Positions 38,401-47,942 are shown, counted from the first letter of the whole stretch. The stretch: DNA of 62,450 nt, filler included, from 5 parts of 5 records of this genome joined end to end with filler, not necessarily neighbours in it; one strand, 5' to 3'. The notes: generated from the letters alone by a model not told the origin. Program-made: numbers and translations.

Positions 38401-40529
38401 TCCAATAACAGGCCCCCGATCACCCAGTGCAGCTTTGTTTTTTCCGCATCCGGGATCATTCCATAAACGGCCTGCCGGATGCGGTCATGGGAAAACCGGA
38501 ACGCCATGCCGGGCATTTCCTTTGACCGGCTGACGGTCAGAAGTTCGAAATCATCATCCAGGGGCTGGATCAACCCGGTTGAAACAGCCGGTTTTAAGAG
38601 TCTGGCGGTTTTGGAACGGGGCCGTCCGGCCAACCGGCTCAAGATGTTCAGATCAAAACGGCTGCCAATGCATCCCGCCAGTTGCAGGAGTTCCACCTCT
38701 TTCCCGGGAAGGGTGGCAATGGTTGCCTGCAACATCTCAACCACATTGTCGGCATAGGGAATGGTGGCAATGGCCGCCCTGTTCCAGGCCCAGGCCTTTG
38801 ATTCATAATCAAAAAAAAGGTGCCGGTCCGAATGGAGTTTGCCAAGCATGGTTTTGAAAAACAGGGGATTGCCCCGGGTCTTCTCAAAGAGGGCTTCGTT
38901 CAATTGTGTCAGGGCGTCTTCAGGCAGAGACAAGGTGTCTTTCAGCAATTGCCCCAGCACACCGGCATCCAGCTCTTCCAGTTCAATGGATGAGATCCGG
39001 TCGGTCGATGCCTGCAATTCCGGCATGGAAAGCATCAACGGGTGGGAACCTGAAACCTCATTGCTCCGGTAGGCGCCGATGATAAGAATGGAATGCTTTT
39101 CCAAGACAGGCGCCACCACCTCGAGGAGCGAAAGACTGGGCCGGTCGATCCATTGCAGATCATCCAGGAACATCACCAGGGGAGAAGCGTCCCCGCCAAA
39201 ACAGGACATGAGATTCATAATCACCGTATTGAACCGGCTGGACTCCTCGGCCACGGACAGTTTCGGCACCATGGGCTGTTCACCGATGAGCAGTTCCAGC
39301 TCCGGCACCATATCGATCAGGATCCGGCCATTGGCGCCGATGGCTTTGAGGATTTTGTCCTTCCAGGCGGTGACCGCCTCAACACTTTCCCCCATGATCT
39401 GCTTTATCAGGGAAGAGAACGCCTGGTTCATGGCGGAATATGGCTGGTGACGGATAAACTGGTCAAACTTGCCGCTGACAATGTACCCTCCCCTTGCCCC
39501 AAGGGGTTTATACAGCTCCTTGACCAGGGAGGTTTTACCGATGCCGGATTTCCCGGAAATAAACACCAGATGGCCGGTACCCTTTTCCACCCTTTCAAAA
39601 AGATCCAGCAGTTGACCGGTTTCCCCGGATCTGCCATACAATTTTTCCGGAATGATAAACCGGTCGTTCAAATCGTGGCCGCCCAGGGAAAACGTGTCTA
39701 TCCGGCCCTTTTTCTCATATTCTTCCAGACACCGTTCCAGATCCGCGCACAACCCCTCGCCGCTATGGTAGCGTTCTTTTGCATCTTTGCCCATGAGCTT
39801 CAGGACAATCTCCGAGACCGCCGGCGGCAGGGAGGGGGCCGATATTGTCAAGGGTTCCGGTTGAAGGGCGATATGGCTGTGAATCAATGCATTGGGGTCA
39901 GTGGTGGTAAAGGGCAACCTGCCCGTGAACAATTCATAGAGGACCACCCCAAGGGAATAAAAATCCGTGCGGTAATCCAGCCCGCGATTCATCCGGCCCG
40001 ACTGTTCGGGTGACATATACGCCCGGCTGCCCTCCACTGAATGGGGATGGACAATCCGGGCCTTATGGGGAAATTCCAGGGCCGACCCAAAATCAATGAG
40101 CATCACCTGATTGGTTTCAGAATTCCAGAGGATATTGTCGGGACTGATATCCCTGTGACAAAAGAACTGGCGATGGGTCTCGCCGAGAATCCGGGAAAGG
40201 CCGATACAGATATGAAGGGCGGACAAAAAATCGATCCGGGAGGTTTCCATGGCCTTTCTCAAGGGAATCCCGTCCAGCCGTTCCGTCACCAGCACGGCGG
40301 AGGTCTTGATATCCACAAAATCGTACGCCTTGGGAACCCCTTCGATGTCAAGGGTGCCCAGGATCTCATATTCACGGTTTAACGATGAAAGCTGCCTTGA
40401 GGTGGGAAACTCCTTTGCCGGAGTTTTAAGGCAGACAACCACATTGTCTGCAATTCGTGTGGCAAGATAAACAATGCTCTGCTGACTTTTATGAATCTGC
40501 CGGAGATTCATATACCCATCAAGCTGCAT
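35481..40529 (-). CDS. Ser/Thr kinase-AAA ATPase-GAF-GGDEF diguanylate cyclase
   Basis: HRDISPDN, DFG, YMSPEQ; GKSGIGKT, LDDLQW; GAF LYLEN; RRVD-x5-GGEEF. Confidence 0.92.
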   Translation of the reverse strand: MQLDGYMNLRQIHKSQQSIVYLATRIADNVVVCLKTPAKEFPTSRQLSSLNREYEILGTLDIEGVPKAYDFVDIKTSAVLVTERLDGIPLRKAMETSRIDFLSALHICIGLSRILGETHRQFFCHRDISPDNILWNSETNQVMLIDFGSALEFPHKARIVHPHSVEGSRAYMSPEQSGRMNRGLDYRTDFYSLGVVLYELFTGRLPFTTTDPNALIHSHIALQPEPLTISAPSLPPAVSEIVLKLMGKDAKERYHSGEGLCADLERCLEEYEKKGRIDTFSLGGHDLNDRFIIPEKLYGRSGETGQLLDLFERVEKGTGHLVFISGKSGIGKTSLVKELYKPLGARGGYIVSGKFDQFIRHQPYSAMNQAFSSLIKQIMGESVEAVTAWKDKILKAIGANGRILIDMVPELELLIGEQPMVPKLSVAEESSRFNTVIMNLMSCFGGDASPLVMFLDDLQWIDRPSLSLLEVVAPVLEKHSILIIGAYRSNEVSGSHPLMLSMPELQASTDRISSIELEELDAGVLGQLLKDTLSLPEDALTQLNEALFEKTRGNPLFFKTMLGKLHSDRHLFFDYESKAWAWNRAAIATIPYADNVVEMLQATIATLPGKEVELLQLAGCIGSRFDLNILSRLAGRPRSKTARLLKPAVSTGLIQPLDDDFELLTVSRSKEMPGMAFRFSHDRIRQAVYGMIPDAEKTKLHWVIGGLLLEAMEKKGADDRLFDAVEHLNQGRSMARGYEKETLVRLNLKAGKKAKKTAAFSVAETCLSYAVEILEDDCWDRDHDLSMELHLELAEACYLVSAFGRADDLYEFIHTKTRTNREKLTLYNIQAKQYHHQGLYRKAVDLEYQALGLLGYDLPGDDDGLLRVFGEENEKIEKILAQKDFEALYHQDEIKDPNLTLAHELFFDAFTDGYLLGRGPLLAAVAATSARLSMTRGNCPMTSIGYINYATILCSGGAYREGHAIGRLAIRMADKYQVAALKNYTYHVFSLGINHWLEPLHTSYTYWHEASKLSLESGSPYAGWVFLQLAHVLLASGAPLEQVEEQARQSHQYLHGARMNDIVKLLGMIVIQPLRHLKGETRDFTTLDDLNFSTQRTLDHYREAPFFFGHMVYSMLRSSLLARDILPQKKVSQWLSVIEDTVQAQIIQIDSCLYGALHLSMGFRQLDEKQQQETMTAFDRLLARFKEWAELCPVNFRHKYLLIKAEKARLTKQYFLAMDLYDQAREAALASDFLLDAALSDELAGLFWEELGKEYLVRYCMERAMAIYERWGAAGKVSWLKANYPALQEESVIVQSMESATSCSLSTDQFSDIMDLRSVVKASQAISQHIVVDKLAVELLNLAVENAGATKGLLILKLGEDFLISRQVNKDHPAMDTGETNIPFHESADLSPAIVRYVINAGESVVFNDRNKDEQFGRCPYINANAPKSIGCVPIVRQKELVGLLYLENSQLSDAFKKERMELLRIIASQSAISLENARIYQELEQMNQNLECLVTERTRELHEINQELNAKNRELEILSTTDQLTGLFNRRYIEDQTQAAINQCERSDNKIAVVMLDIDYFKSINDRYGHDVGDEVLINIAGILRESIRRVDVAGRWGGEEFLVLVRADGPGAVATAEKLRRRIMARDHGTAGYVTVSFGVSQYVATDTLDSLVKRADQGLYLAKEKGRNRVEYVYSDILN

Positions 40530-40744
40530 AACAAATCCTCTCTCCATATTTGCCTGCACCAGATGGAATAAAACAATTTGTGTTCTATCTTCCAAACATC
40601 TCAATGGATCGGCAATCGTTAAACAATTCAAGTGTTTTAATCGAATTTAACGATGAAGTCAAGGAAGGACTAAATGAAGATTCCGGCAAAACGCAAGAGT
40701 GAGCCGCAACGTTGAGATTTCACTCCCCACATTCCAGTTTTTTT

Positions 40745-40844
40745 NNNNNNNNNNNNNNNNNNNNNNNNNNNNNNNNNNNNNNNNNNNNTTAATTAATTAA
40801 NNNNNNNNNNNNNNNNNNNNNNNNNNNNNNNNNNNNNNNNNNNN
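40745..40844. other. Artificial contig linker
   Basis: N44-TTAATTAATTAA-N44. Confidence 0.99.
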
Positions 40845-41018
40845 TTTTCTTGATGAAAGAAAGGAAGCAAAGAACATCAAGACTACGCCTGCTTTACTAT
40901 AAAAACTACGGTTCTTTTGTCTAAATAGCGAAAACTCGAACTCTCCTTCGTCAAGCTCTCAAACAATTCGCAATTTTACGACAAAACAATCTTGTTTTTA
41001 TGCTCACCAGTCGAGGTC
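40845..41018. repeat. Structured intergenic element related to 7755-7923, truncated by the contig start
   Basis: Nested ATAAAAAC/GTTTTTAT, TTTTGTC/GACAAAA, GCGAA/TTCGC around AACTCG...CTCAAACA. Confidence 0.65.
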
Positions 41019-41211
41019 TGGGTGTAACGACCGAACTTCATTCATTACTCTATAGTAATACCATAATTTTAACTGCTATTTCTTTTTTGTCTGATGACAT
41101 TATTTTAAGTGTACAAAAGAACAATATTACTATCCTATTTATAAATATTTATTGCTGAACAGGTAATATTAAAGGTTGAAGTGACTGGGTAATTTCCATT
41201 AAATCATCCCG

Positions 41212-41346
41212 CCATAAGCTGCCGCACGATTATATCGTGTGGTTTATACATTAAGATAGATTATCACTAAACTATAGCCTTATACTTTACTGGATGGAAC
41301 AAGGTAATTCAAGCACGCACTAGCTTCAGGAAGTATGAGTGGAGAG
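41212..41346. repeat. 135-bp REP-doublet-like repeat, copy 1
   Basis: Gapless match to 42876-43010 with 20 mismatches by hand count. Confidence 0.9.
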
Positions 41347-41671
41347 CTGACTAAAACAAATATGGTTCCCTTAAAATCACCGGATCGAATAACCGTGGTA
41401 AAACCTTCGTGCAGCTCTGCGCTTAGGCTTCCCCAGTCAGTATTGCCTATATGCAGGCCTGCGATTAGACATTCCAAATTGGTATTGGCTATAAGTAGAC
41501 CTACCGTTTAACATTCCAAATCAGGAATGCTATTTACATGTCTGCCTTAAGGCATTATTTTTCAGGAATTGCAATATGCAAGCTTACTTAGAGGCAATAC
41601 TGCGCAGGAATGCCTAATCGCACAGCTACCCAGACCCAATTCCTCAAAATAAGACCTAAAGGTTTTGATGC

Positions 41672-41751
41672 TTTTAGGCATGTTCTAAAAGGAACGTGAG
41701 TTTGTAAGTATGAAACAGGCTAATATTATTGGGGAATGGCATGTATTTGAA
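41672..41751. repeat. 80-bp degenerate repeat, copy 1
   Basis: Gapless 56/80 match to 46177-46256 by hand count. Confidence 0.6.
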
Positions 41752-41780
41752 TGGATATGTGGTTAATAAATGGTTTCACA

Positions 41781-42443
41781 CTATTTTTTCAATCTAATAT
41801 ACCCTAGCCTCTCGATATCTTCCACACTTTTTGTCAGGTAAGTTTGACCATTGGTAATAACATATAAATCATCACAAATATCCAGTACATGTGTATACAT
41901 ATGATCGGTAATAATGATGCCTTTATTTTCCTTTTCCCGAAGAATGAGGTTTTTAATAGAGCTTACATGGACAGGCATTACTTGTGAAAATGGCTCATCT
42001 AACATGCAAAATTTGGTTTGAGAAACCAGTATTAGGTATATTTCAAAAATCCGCCGTTCTCCCCCCGATAAATTACCCAGCTTTGATTTATATAACTTCT
42101 TAAATTCTGGGAAAACTGAGATTAAATCATCAAAATACAGATTGAAGTCACTTAAAACTCTTTTAACAGTTAATGATGTTGGGGCAAAATTAGATTGAGG
42201 CAGATATTTGATATCCTTTGGAGAACGATTGGTTCCATAAATAGGACTTCTATTTATTCGCATTGATTTATCGTTTGGAATTAGCTCTCCGAAAAGAATT
42301 TTCATCAGACACGATTTACCGGTACCATTCCTACCCAATAAACCAATGATATTTCCAGTTTTGCATTTTAGGTAAACATTATTCAATATACTACTTGATC
42401 CGAACTCTAGTCGAACACTATCAATTTCCAAGATATTTGTCAT
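41781..42443 (-). CDS. ABC transporter ATP-binding protein
   Basis: GRNGTGKS, LSGGE, LDEPF, ITDH. Confidence 0.92.
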   Translation of the reverse strand: MTNILEIDSVRLEFGSSSILNNVYLKCKTGNIIGLLGRNGTGKSCLMKILFGELIPNDKSMRINRSPIYGTNRSPKDIKYLPQSNFAPTSLTVKRVLSDFNLYFDDLISVFPEFKKLYKSKLGNLSGGERRIFEIYLILVSQTKFCMLDEPFSQVMPVHVSSIKNLILREKENKGIIITDHMYTHVLDICDDLYVITNGQTYLTKSVEDIERLGYIRLKK

Positions 42444-42751
42444 TGAACCCTTACTGTTAGTGAAACCAATAGGAGAAATAAAGTAAAATCAAATACCAAA
42501 GTAGAAATCCATAAGTGTTTCTTGGTTAACCCCAGGTTTTTATAATAATAGAATCCTTCCTTTTTATATTTCTGGATATAATAAAAAATTACACCCAGCG
42601 TAATCACTTTAAACCAAAACAAGGCCTGTAAAATATATATGGCCTTTGTTCCATATAAATTAACCAGGTATAAGCACGCTAGTGTTATTAAATTACTCGC
42701 AGCTGCATAGGATTTATAAAATGTGAAGATTAGTCGTATCGTTTTCCTCAT
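42440..42751 (-). CDS. Small membrane protein coupled to the ABC ATPase
   Basis: Three hydrophobic segments, YYYKNLGL motif, ATGA overlap with the ATPase start. Confidence 0.75.
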   Translation of the reverse strand: MRKTIRLIFTFYKSYAAASNLITLACLYLVNLYGTKAIYILQALFWFKVITLGVIFYYIQKYKKEGFYYYKNLGLTKKHLWISTLVFDFTLFLLLVSLTVRVQ

Positions 42752-42778
42752 ATTGTAGTTTAGGATTATTTCCAATGC

Positions 42779-42877
42779 TTACTCATACTCTTCAAATTCC
42801 TTGAGTACTTGGGTTATATCAATACCTAATGATTTATACTTTATATACCAATTACAATGCCAATTATGATAATACCC
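42779..42877 (-). pseudogene. 3' remnant of a paralog of 46411-46953
   Basis: GIIIIGIV-[13-nt deletion]-WYIKYKSLGIDITQVLKEFEEYE* versus GIIIVGFVTGIIVWYIKYRTLGIEVKRVLKDIEE*. Confidence 0.85.
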
Positions 42878-43010
42878 ATAAGCTGCCACAAGATTATATC
42901 GTGAGGTTTATATATTAAGATAGATTATTACTAAACAATAGACTTAAATTTTACTGGATGGTAGAACGCGATACAATCGCGCACTAGCTTCAGGAAGGAA
43001 GAGTGAAGAG
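42876..43010. repeat. 135-bp REP-doublet-like repeat, copy 2
   Basis: Direct repeat of 41212-41346; terminal hairpin CGCGAT-ACA-ATCGCG. Confidence 0.9.
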
Positions 43011-43033
43011 GTGTAAACGATAATTTTAGAATG

Positions 43034-43585
43034 CTAATATGGATCAATAGCTTTCCAATAATACCAATCTCCCCATAGTTTTCCCCAAACAGTAATATGC
43101 TCTAAACCTAACCCTGTTATTTTAGGATTTGTATTGTCTTTTGAATATGCAATACCTCCAAATGAAGGATGATCTTTTTCAAAATAGAAAAATAAAACTC
43201 CTTCGTTACTATTTACAGACAGAATATCACTTGTCCTAATCAATTTAGTATAATCTTTTTCCTTAACGGCAAGTTCTAATGTTTTATTATAGTTCAATAA
43301 TACAACATAATAGTGTGAAAAATATAACCGCTCCAGATTGATAAAAAATATGGTATAATATGCTAAAATAAGTCCAATATATACGAGCCTCTTTTTAATA
43401 GCATTCCGATCGAATAGTAAAAGAACTATTATAAACAGACTAAAAACTGTAGTGACAACAAAATCAACAAAAGTTAACCATGGATATCTCCTAAAGAACA
43501 ATAAGATAACACCTAATTGTTGAAATAGGAGTAAAACCTCTAGAAATAATAATATTGGATATGATTTTTTCACTATGTATGCCAA
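43034..43585 (-). CDS. Hypothetical membrane protein
   Basis: 183-aa ORF with three N-terminal TM helices; start uncertain. Confidence 0.6.
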   Translation of the reverse strand: MAYIVKKSYPILLFLEVLLLFQQLGVILLFFRRYPWLTFVDFVVTTVFSLFIIVLLLFDRNAIKKRLVYIGLILAYYTIFFINLERLYFSHYYVVLLNYNKTLELAVKEKDYTKLIRTSDILSVNSNEGVLFFYFEKDHPSFGGIAYSKDNTNPKITGLGLEHITVWGKLWGDWYYWKAIDPY

Positions 43586-43671
43586 GTATTATGTGATTTT
43601 ATGATATTCTCTATCAGCAATTGTATGCGTCTAAAGCTAATCACAAGAATCTCGATTATTCTTTGTAGGAT

Positions 43672-44616
43672 CTAAGGTAAGTATTTTTTAATATGAAAAT
43701 CCGTTTCTGTCAATGGCAACATTTCATTGTAATTATGATGCCAAGGCGTAAATCTCTTGATATAAAAAGCATCATCACTGCTCGGATTAAACGGCAGGTA
43801 ATTTTTACCTTTTATTGCTGTTACTCCCGCCTTTAGCCCTATTTCTTTTAACTTTGGAAGATATGATATATTCATATTTCCATTCGGATAGGCTATGGTT
43901 GATGGAGACTCAATTCCTGTTATTTCAACAAGTAATTTCTGATTAAGCTTAATATCTTCAATTATTTCATCAATACCATAATTGGGAAGTATTAAGTGGT
44001 TATGCGTATGATTGCCTATGTGTACAAGTGGATGAGCCGCAAAATCTTTTAACTCATCCGGAGTAAATGGTCTATCTGTATCATCGATTGGATTAAATAC
44101 ATTTGCACCAAATTCATCCTTAAACTTTTTTTCAATTTCATCAATTCGAAGTTTCTTTAAAGCAATCTTTTCACTTCTGATTTTTTCTATTGAAACACCT
44201 AATTTTTTTCGTTCCCGATAATACACATCCCACCAAAAGCATTTATTATTCATAATTGGTGCCGTGCTACAATAAAATGTTGCCGGAACATTATATTTTT
44301 CCATTATTTTAATGGCTAGTATATTATTAAAATAACCATCATCAAAAGTCAGAAAACAATACTTATCTTTTTCCAACATACCCTCAACTAACTCATCTTG
44401 TGTAATAAACTTATAATTTCGTTCTAAATAATACACAATGATCCTTTCAAAATCTTCTAATGTAATTGATTGCTGAGGATCTGCACTTGAGCGATTAACC
44501 TGATCTCTATCTTTATATAAAGTATGAAAAAGTATACTTACTAAACCATCCTTCGTTCCGGTAAAATATTTAAGTAATAAGGCCAGATTATTATCAATTA
44601 TTTTTACAATGCCCAT
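43672..44616 (-). CDS. Polysaccharide deacetylase (CE4)
   Basis: LTFDDGY, GNHTHNH, IAYPNG. Confidence 0.9.
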   Translation of the reverse strand: MGIVKIIDNNLALLLKYFTGTKDGLVSILFHTLYKDRDQVNRSSADPQQSITLEDFERIIVYYLERNYKFITQDELVEGMLEKDKYCFLTFDDGYFNNILAIKIMEKYNVPATFYCSTAPIMNNKCFWWDVYYRERKKLGVSIEKIRSEKIALKKLRIDEIEKKFKDEFGANVFNPIDDTDRPFTPDELKDFAAHPLVHIGNHTHNHLILPNYGIDEIIEDIKLNQKLLVEITGIESPSTIAYPNGNMNISYLPKLKEIGLKAGVTAIKGKNYLPFNPSSDDAFYIKRFTPWHHNYNEMLPLTETDFHIKKYLP

Positions 44617-44679
44617 AATTATAATATGATGTATGTTTTTACATTAAAAGATGATTAAGTGAAACTATGCCACACTAAA

Positions 44680-45753
44680 CTAATCCTTTAAATGAAGAAA
44701 AGCTTTTAGTTTTTTGAGTTTTCCTTTTAAAATACGATGATCCAGATTACCATTTAACTTATATAAGTTTTCAAAATCGGTGTCAGCCATAGTGGCAAAT
44801 ATTCTACCCTCTTTTAATTCCGGATATAAATCAGGTGCACTTGGCTTGGTCATCACAGCTCCGGTACCTTCAAAATCAAAAAAACCATTTTTGTGGAAAC
44901 CCACTAATAAGTTCTTATCTGAACAAGCCGTTATTATTCCATTGGCTCCAGTTTTATTTACAATTTTATTTATTGCTCGAAGTAATAAGCTTAGCGAACC
45001 TTTATCCTCAACTTTTAGACGATAATCTACAAGAGCAATAAAATTCATGTTTTTCCATTTCATCTCCTTTAAAACAAAGTATAACGGAGACTCAGTAGAA
45101 TTGTTAAAATAAAAATGGAAATAATCATATAAGCCAAAAAACCGCCAATTAAGAAAATCTTTATCCCGGCTAAATTCAAGGTAATCTTCATTCCAATAAT
45201 TACAATTTATCTCGGGAGCTGAAGTTTGCTTCTTAAAAGACATTTTATTTACTGATATCTCTTCTGGAAAACTTAAATCTTTGTTGCTTTTTATTTTAAA
45301 GAATACCTTAGCGAGTGTGAATACAGAACGTAGTTTTATTAGTTTCTGAAAATCATATATATGATAACCTTTCCTTTTATATATCCTTAAACTGATAGGC
45401 GTTAAACCTATGACAAACATATTATCTATGGTGTCGCTTGTTTTAACAAGCTCTGCACCTACTCCCAGATTTCTAACTTCGGGCAAAGCAATAATATCCT
45501 GTCCCCAAAACCCATGATACTCACTTTTATTTGACCATAATTTTAAAGGTAAGAATACTTCCTGACCAACAACTTCGTCATTCAAAACAGCCAGAAAAAT
45601 ATTAGGTTGATGATTAATTAATGGATGGTTAATAAACCTATGACTAAAGTACTTTTCATTTTGGTCTCGTTTATAAACCTTATTATTAAAAGCAATCATT
45701 CTATCATAATATTCAGGAGAATATTTTATGATATTAAATTTAGAAGTTCCCAT
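44680..45753 (-). CDS. Tandem GNAT-fold protein
   Basis: PEVRNLGVG and RDKDFLNWRF motifs. Confidence 0.75.
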   Translation of the reverse strand: MGTSKFNIIKYSPEYYDRMIAFNNKVYKRDQNEKYFSHRFINHPLINHQPNIFLAVLNDEVVGQEVFLPLKLWSNKSEYHGFWGQDIIALPEVRNLGVGAELVKTSDTIDNMFVIGLTPISLRIYKRKGYHIYDFQKLIKLRSVFTLAKVFFKIKSNKDLSFPEEISVNKMSFKKQTSAPEINCNYWNEDYLEFSRDKDFLNWRFFGLYDYFHFYFNNSTESPLYFVLKEMKWKNMNFIALVDYRLKVEDKGSLSLLLRAINKIVNKTGANGIITACSDKNLLVGFHKNGFFDFEGTGAVMTKPSAPDLYPELKEGRIFATMADTDFENLYKLNGNLDHRILKGKLKKLKAFLHLKD

Positions 45754-46176
45754 AAGTTTATATTATTAATAAATAAAAACAGCCATTAATAAATTAAATC
45801 ATTCAATCCTGATTTTAATTTTTTGCGTTATTCACAAACTCTTTTTACATCAGGAAGATTAGTTTGAATAGCTCTATCTAATTTAGTAAATGTAAATAAC
45901 TAACAATATATTCCTACAGTTTGCAATAACATAATATAAGCACAACTATAAGCATCACATACGCATACACCTGTTATACTGGCCATTAGTCAATTTTTAA
46001 GTACTTCTTATTTTGACTAACGTTGCTATTTATTGACAAAAAAACAATAATAGGTTTATTTTAATGTTGTTTAATTATCTATGGGATATGGTTTTAAATT
46101 CTTTAATAGTTGTTTCTCTAAAGCCTACATATTCACACCTGTCCCCAAACCGAATATAATATCTAAGGACTTTGGT

Positions 46177-46256
46177 TTTTAGGCAGGTTTATATAAGAAT
46201 GCGAGGTTGCAGGCAAAAAACTAGCTTTTATAGCTGGAGAATGGTAAGTATTTGAA
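46177..46256. repeat. 80-bp degenerate repeat, copy 2
   Basis: Colinear with 41672-41751. Confidence 0.6.
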
Positions 46257-46410
46257 CAAGAAACCTAGTCCAATTCTTAATTAATGATTTTAGTTGATTG
46301 AATATTGGGAATATGAAACCACGTTTTGTTGCCCCCAATTCCACATCCCAATGAAAAAAGAAATTTAGTGATAATCCTCTGCTAAACGAAAAGAGTTTAA
46401 ACCTCTTTTA

Positions 46411-46953
46411 TTATTCTTCTATGTCTTTCAGAACTCTTTTTACTTCTATTCCCAGAGTTCTATACTTTATATACCAAACAATGATTCCGGTTACAAAGCC
46501 AACTATGATAATACCCCAATAAAATAACTGGAAATTTAAAACAGATATATTATACGGAAGAGAAGTATTTATAATTCCAATATCCATCATTGCTAAGCCT
46601 ATTAAAATCCCTATTAAAAACTTACAAACTTCCAGTTTCCTTTTCTTAGAATACTTCCCTAACAATTCAATCGTCGGTAATGAATAGTCTACTGCTTTAT
46701 ATTTTTTGTATGTAGAATTAGAAACCCATATAATAATAAAAAATGCAATACTTATGCAACTGAGGCTAATCATCTGCGGAATATCTTTTTCGATAATATT
46801 TACGACAAGCAAAAAAGCAATTAATGGAAACAAGCTCCAATACACTGTTTTAACAAACTTGGCCGATTTTCTGTTAGTGTCATCAACTTTCTTAAGTTTA
46901 TTGACTAGTTTATCTAAGTCAACATGCATTGTTTGGTTTTCAAATTTACTCAT
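46411..46953 (-). CDS. Four-TM membrane protein, probable anti-sigma partner
   Basis: Overlaps the ECF sigma stop; four hydrophobic segments. Confidence 0.65.
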   Translation of the reverse strand: MSKFENQTMHVDLDKLVNKLKKVDDTNRKSAKFVKTVYWSLFPLIAFLLVVNIIEKDIPQMISLSCISIAFFIIIWVSNSTYKKYKAVDYSLPTIELLGKYSKKRKLEVCKFLIGILIGLAMMDIGIINTSLPYNISVLNFQLFYWGIIIVGFVTGIIVWYIKYRTLGIEVKRVLKDIEE

Positions 46954-47455
46954 GACTAGCTCCTTCCAGTTTAGTTTTTAAATGTGCTTTAATTCGATGA
47001 ATTTTAACTTTTACATTTGGCTCAGTAATTCCAATGACATTAGAGATTTCTTTCATGGAAAGATCTTCAAGCAGCAGCGTTATGATAGCTTTGTCGATAA
47101 TTGAGAGAACATTTAGTTCTTTTTCCAGTTTCTCAAATTGAATCTCCTGCTCCTGTTTCTCCGAAAAGGTATTTTCGTCGGATAACCTGTCTAATATTTT
47201 AGAATTTAACTCTCCACACAGTTCAAATTGTTTTAACACTTTACCCTTATATGTAAGTGAAGTATTAATGGCTATGCGATACACATATGTGCTCAAGCTT
47301 GAGTTTCCTTTAAAACTATCAAGCCCTTTCCAGATGTTAACTAAAATCTCTTGATATAAATCTTTTCTATTCTCTGGATTTGGCATATAATAACTGCAAA
47401 TCCTTTGAATTCGTTCATCATTTTTCTGTATTATCTGGTTAAATCTTTCCTTCAT
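46946..47455 (-). CDS. ECF sigma-70 factor
   Basis: DLYQEILVNIW, STYVYRIAINT, SMKEISNVIGITEPNVKVKIHR. Confidence 0.92.
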   Translation of the reverse strand: MKERFNQIIQKNDERIQRICSYYMPNPENRKDLYQEILVNIWKGLDSFKGNSSLSTYVYRIAINTSLTYKGKVLKQFELCGELNSKILDRLSDENTFSEKQEQEIQFEKLEKELNVLSIIDKAIITLLLEDLSMKEISNVIGITEPNVKVKIHRIKAHLKTKLEGASHE

Positions 47456-47487
47456 TGCCAAATTTCAAGTTATTGTTTACTTAATTA

Positions 47488-47512
47488 GTCATGAAATTTT
47501 TAAATAGTTACA
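47488..47512 (-). promoter_or_regulatory. Candidate ECF promoter TGTAAC-N15-TGAC
   Basis: Lies about 30 nt upstream of the ECF gene. Confidence 0.4.
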
Positions 47513-47683
47513 TTTTTTCTAAAAATAAAATTGATTGTAGTTGCGGAGGATATGAGGAGTATTAGAAAAGTTGAATTTAGGGATATGACTATTATAGGTA
47601 GACTTGCAACGTTCAAATTTGCATCTCTTTTTCAGAAATATCTTCCAGTCTATCTAATAGTAATATAGCCCGCCGGATTTTCA

Positions 47684-47790
47684 CAACTATCGTACGATTT
47701 GTATCGTTTGGTTTTAAATATTACAATACGTTTGCATTAAATGAAGCTCTACTTTTTTTTGCAGAATGCGATACCATCGCGCACTAGCAT
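47684..47790. repeat. Degenerate third copy of the REP-doublet-like repeat
   Basis: ACGATTTGTATCGTTTGGTTT left end and AGAATGCGATACCATCGCGCACTAGC right end match copies 1 and 2. Confidence 0.75.
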
Positions 47791-47942
47791 TGGGCCTTTT
47801 CAACCAAACAAAGGTATGATTGGGAATACGAACTACCTAAACCACATCTACATACCATTAAATACAACAAGCTGTTAGTGATTTGTTTTTATTTCATTTT
47901 CCTAATTTTCTGCCTGTAAGGTTTATTTTAGGAACTCACTTA

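Noticed and set aside
28169-40382. Long plus-strand ORFs such as 28169-29098, 29627-30220 and 39093-40013
   Set aside because: Antisense shadows of well-supported minus-strand genes
41417-41623. Group II intron 5' end (GTGCG, minus strand) or retron ncRNA
   Set aside because: No reverse transcriptase or domain V seen, and the GTGCG lies within a long helix
45900-47940. Integron attC sites in contig C spacers
   Set aside because: No convincing paired RYYYAAC/GTTRRRY boxes with an internal palindrome, and no intI
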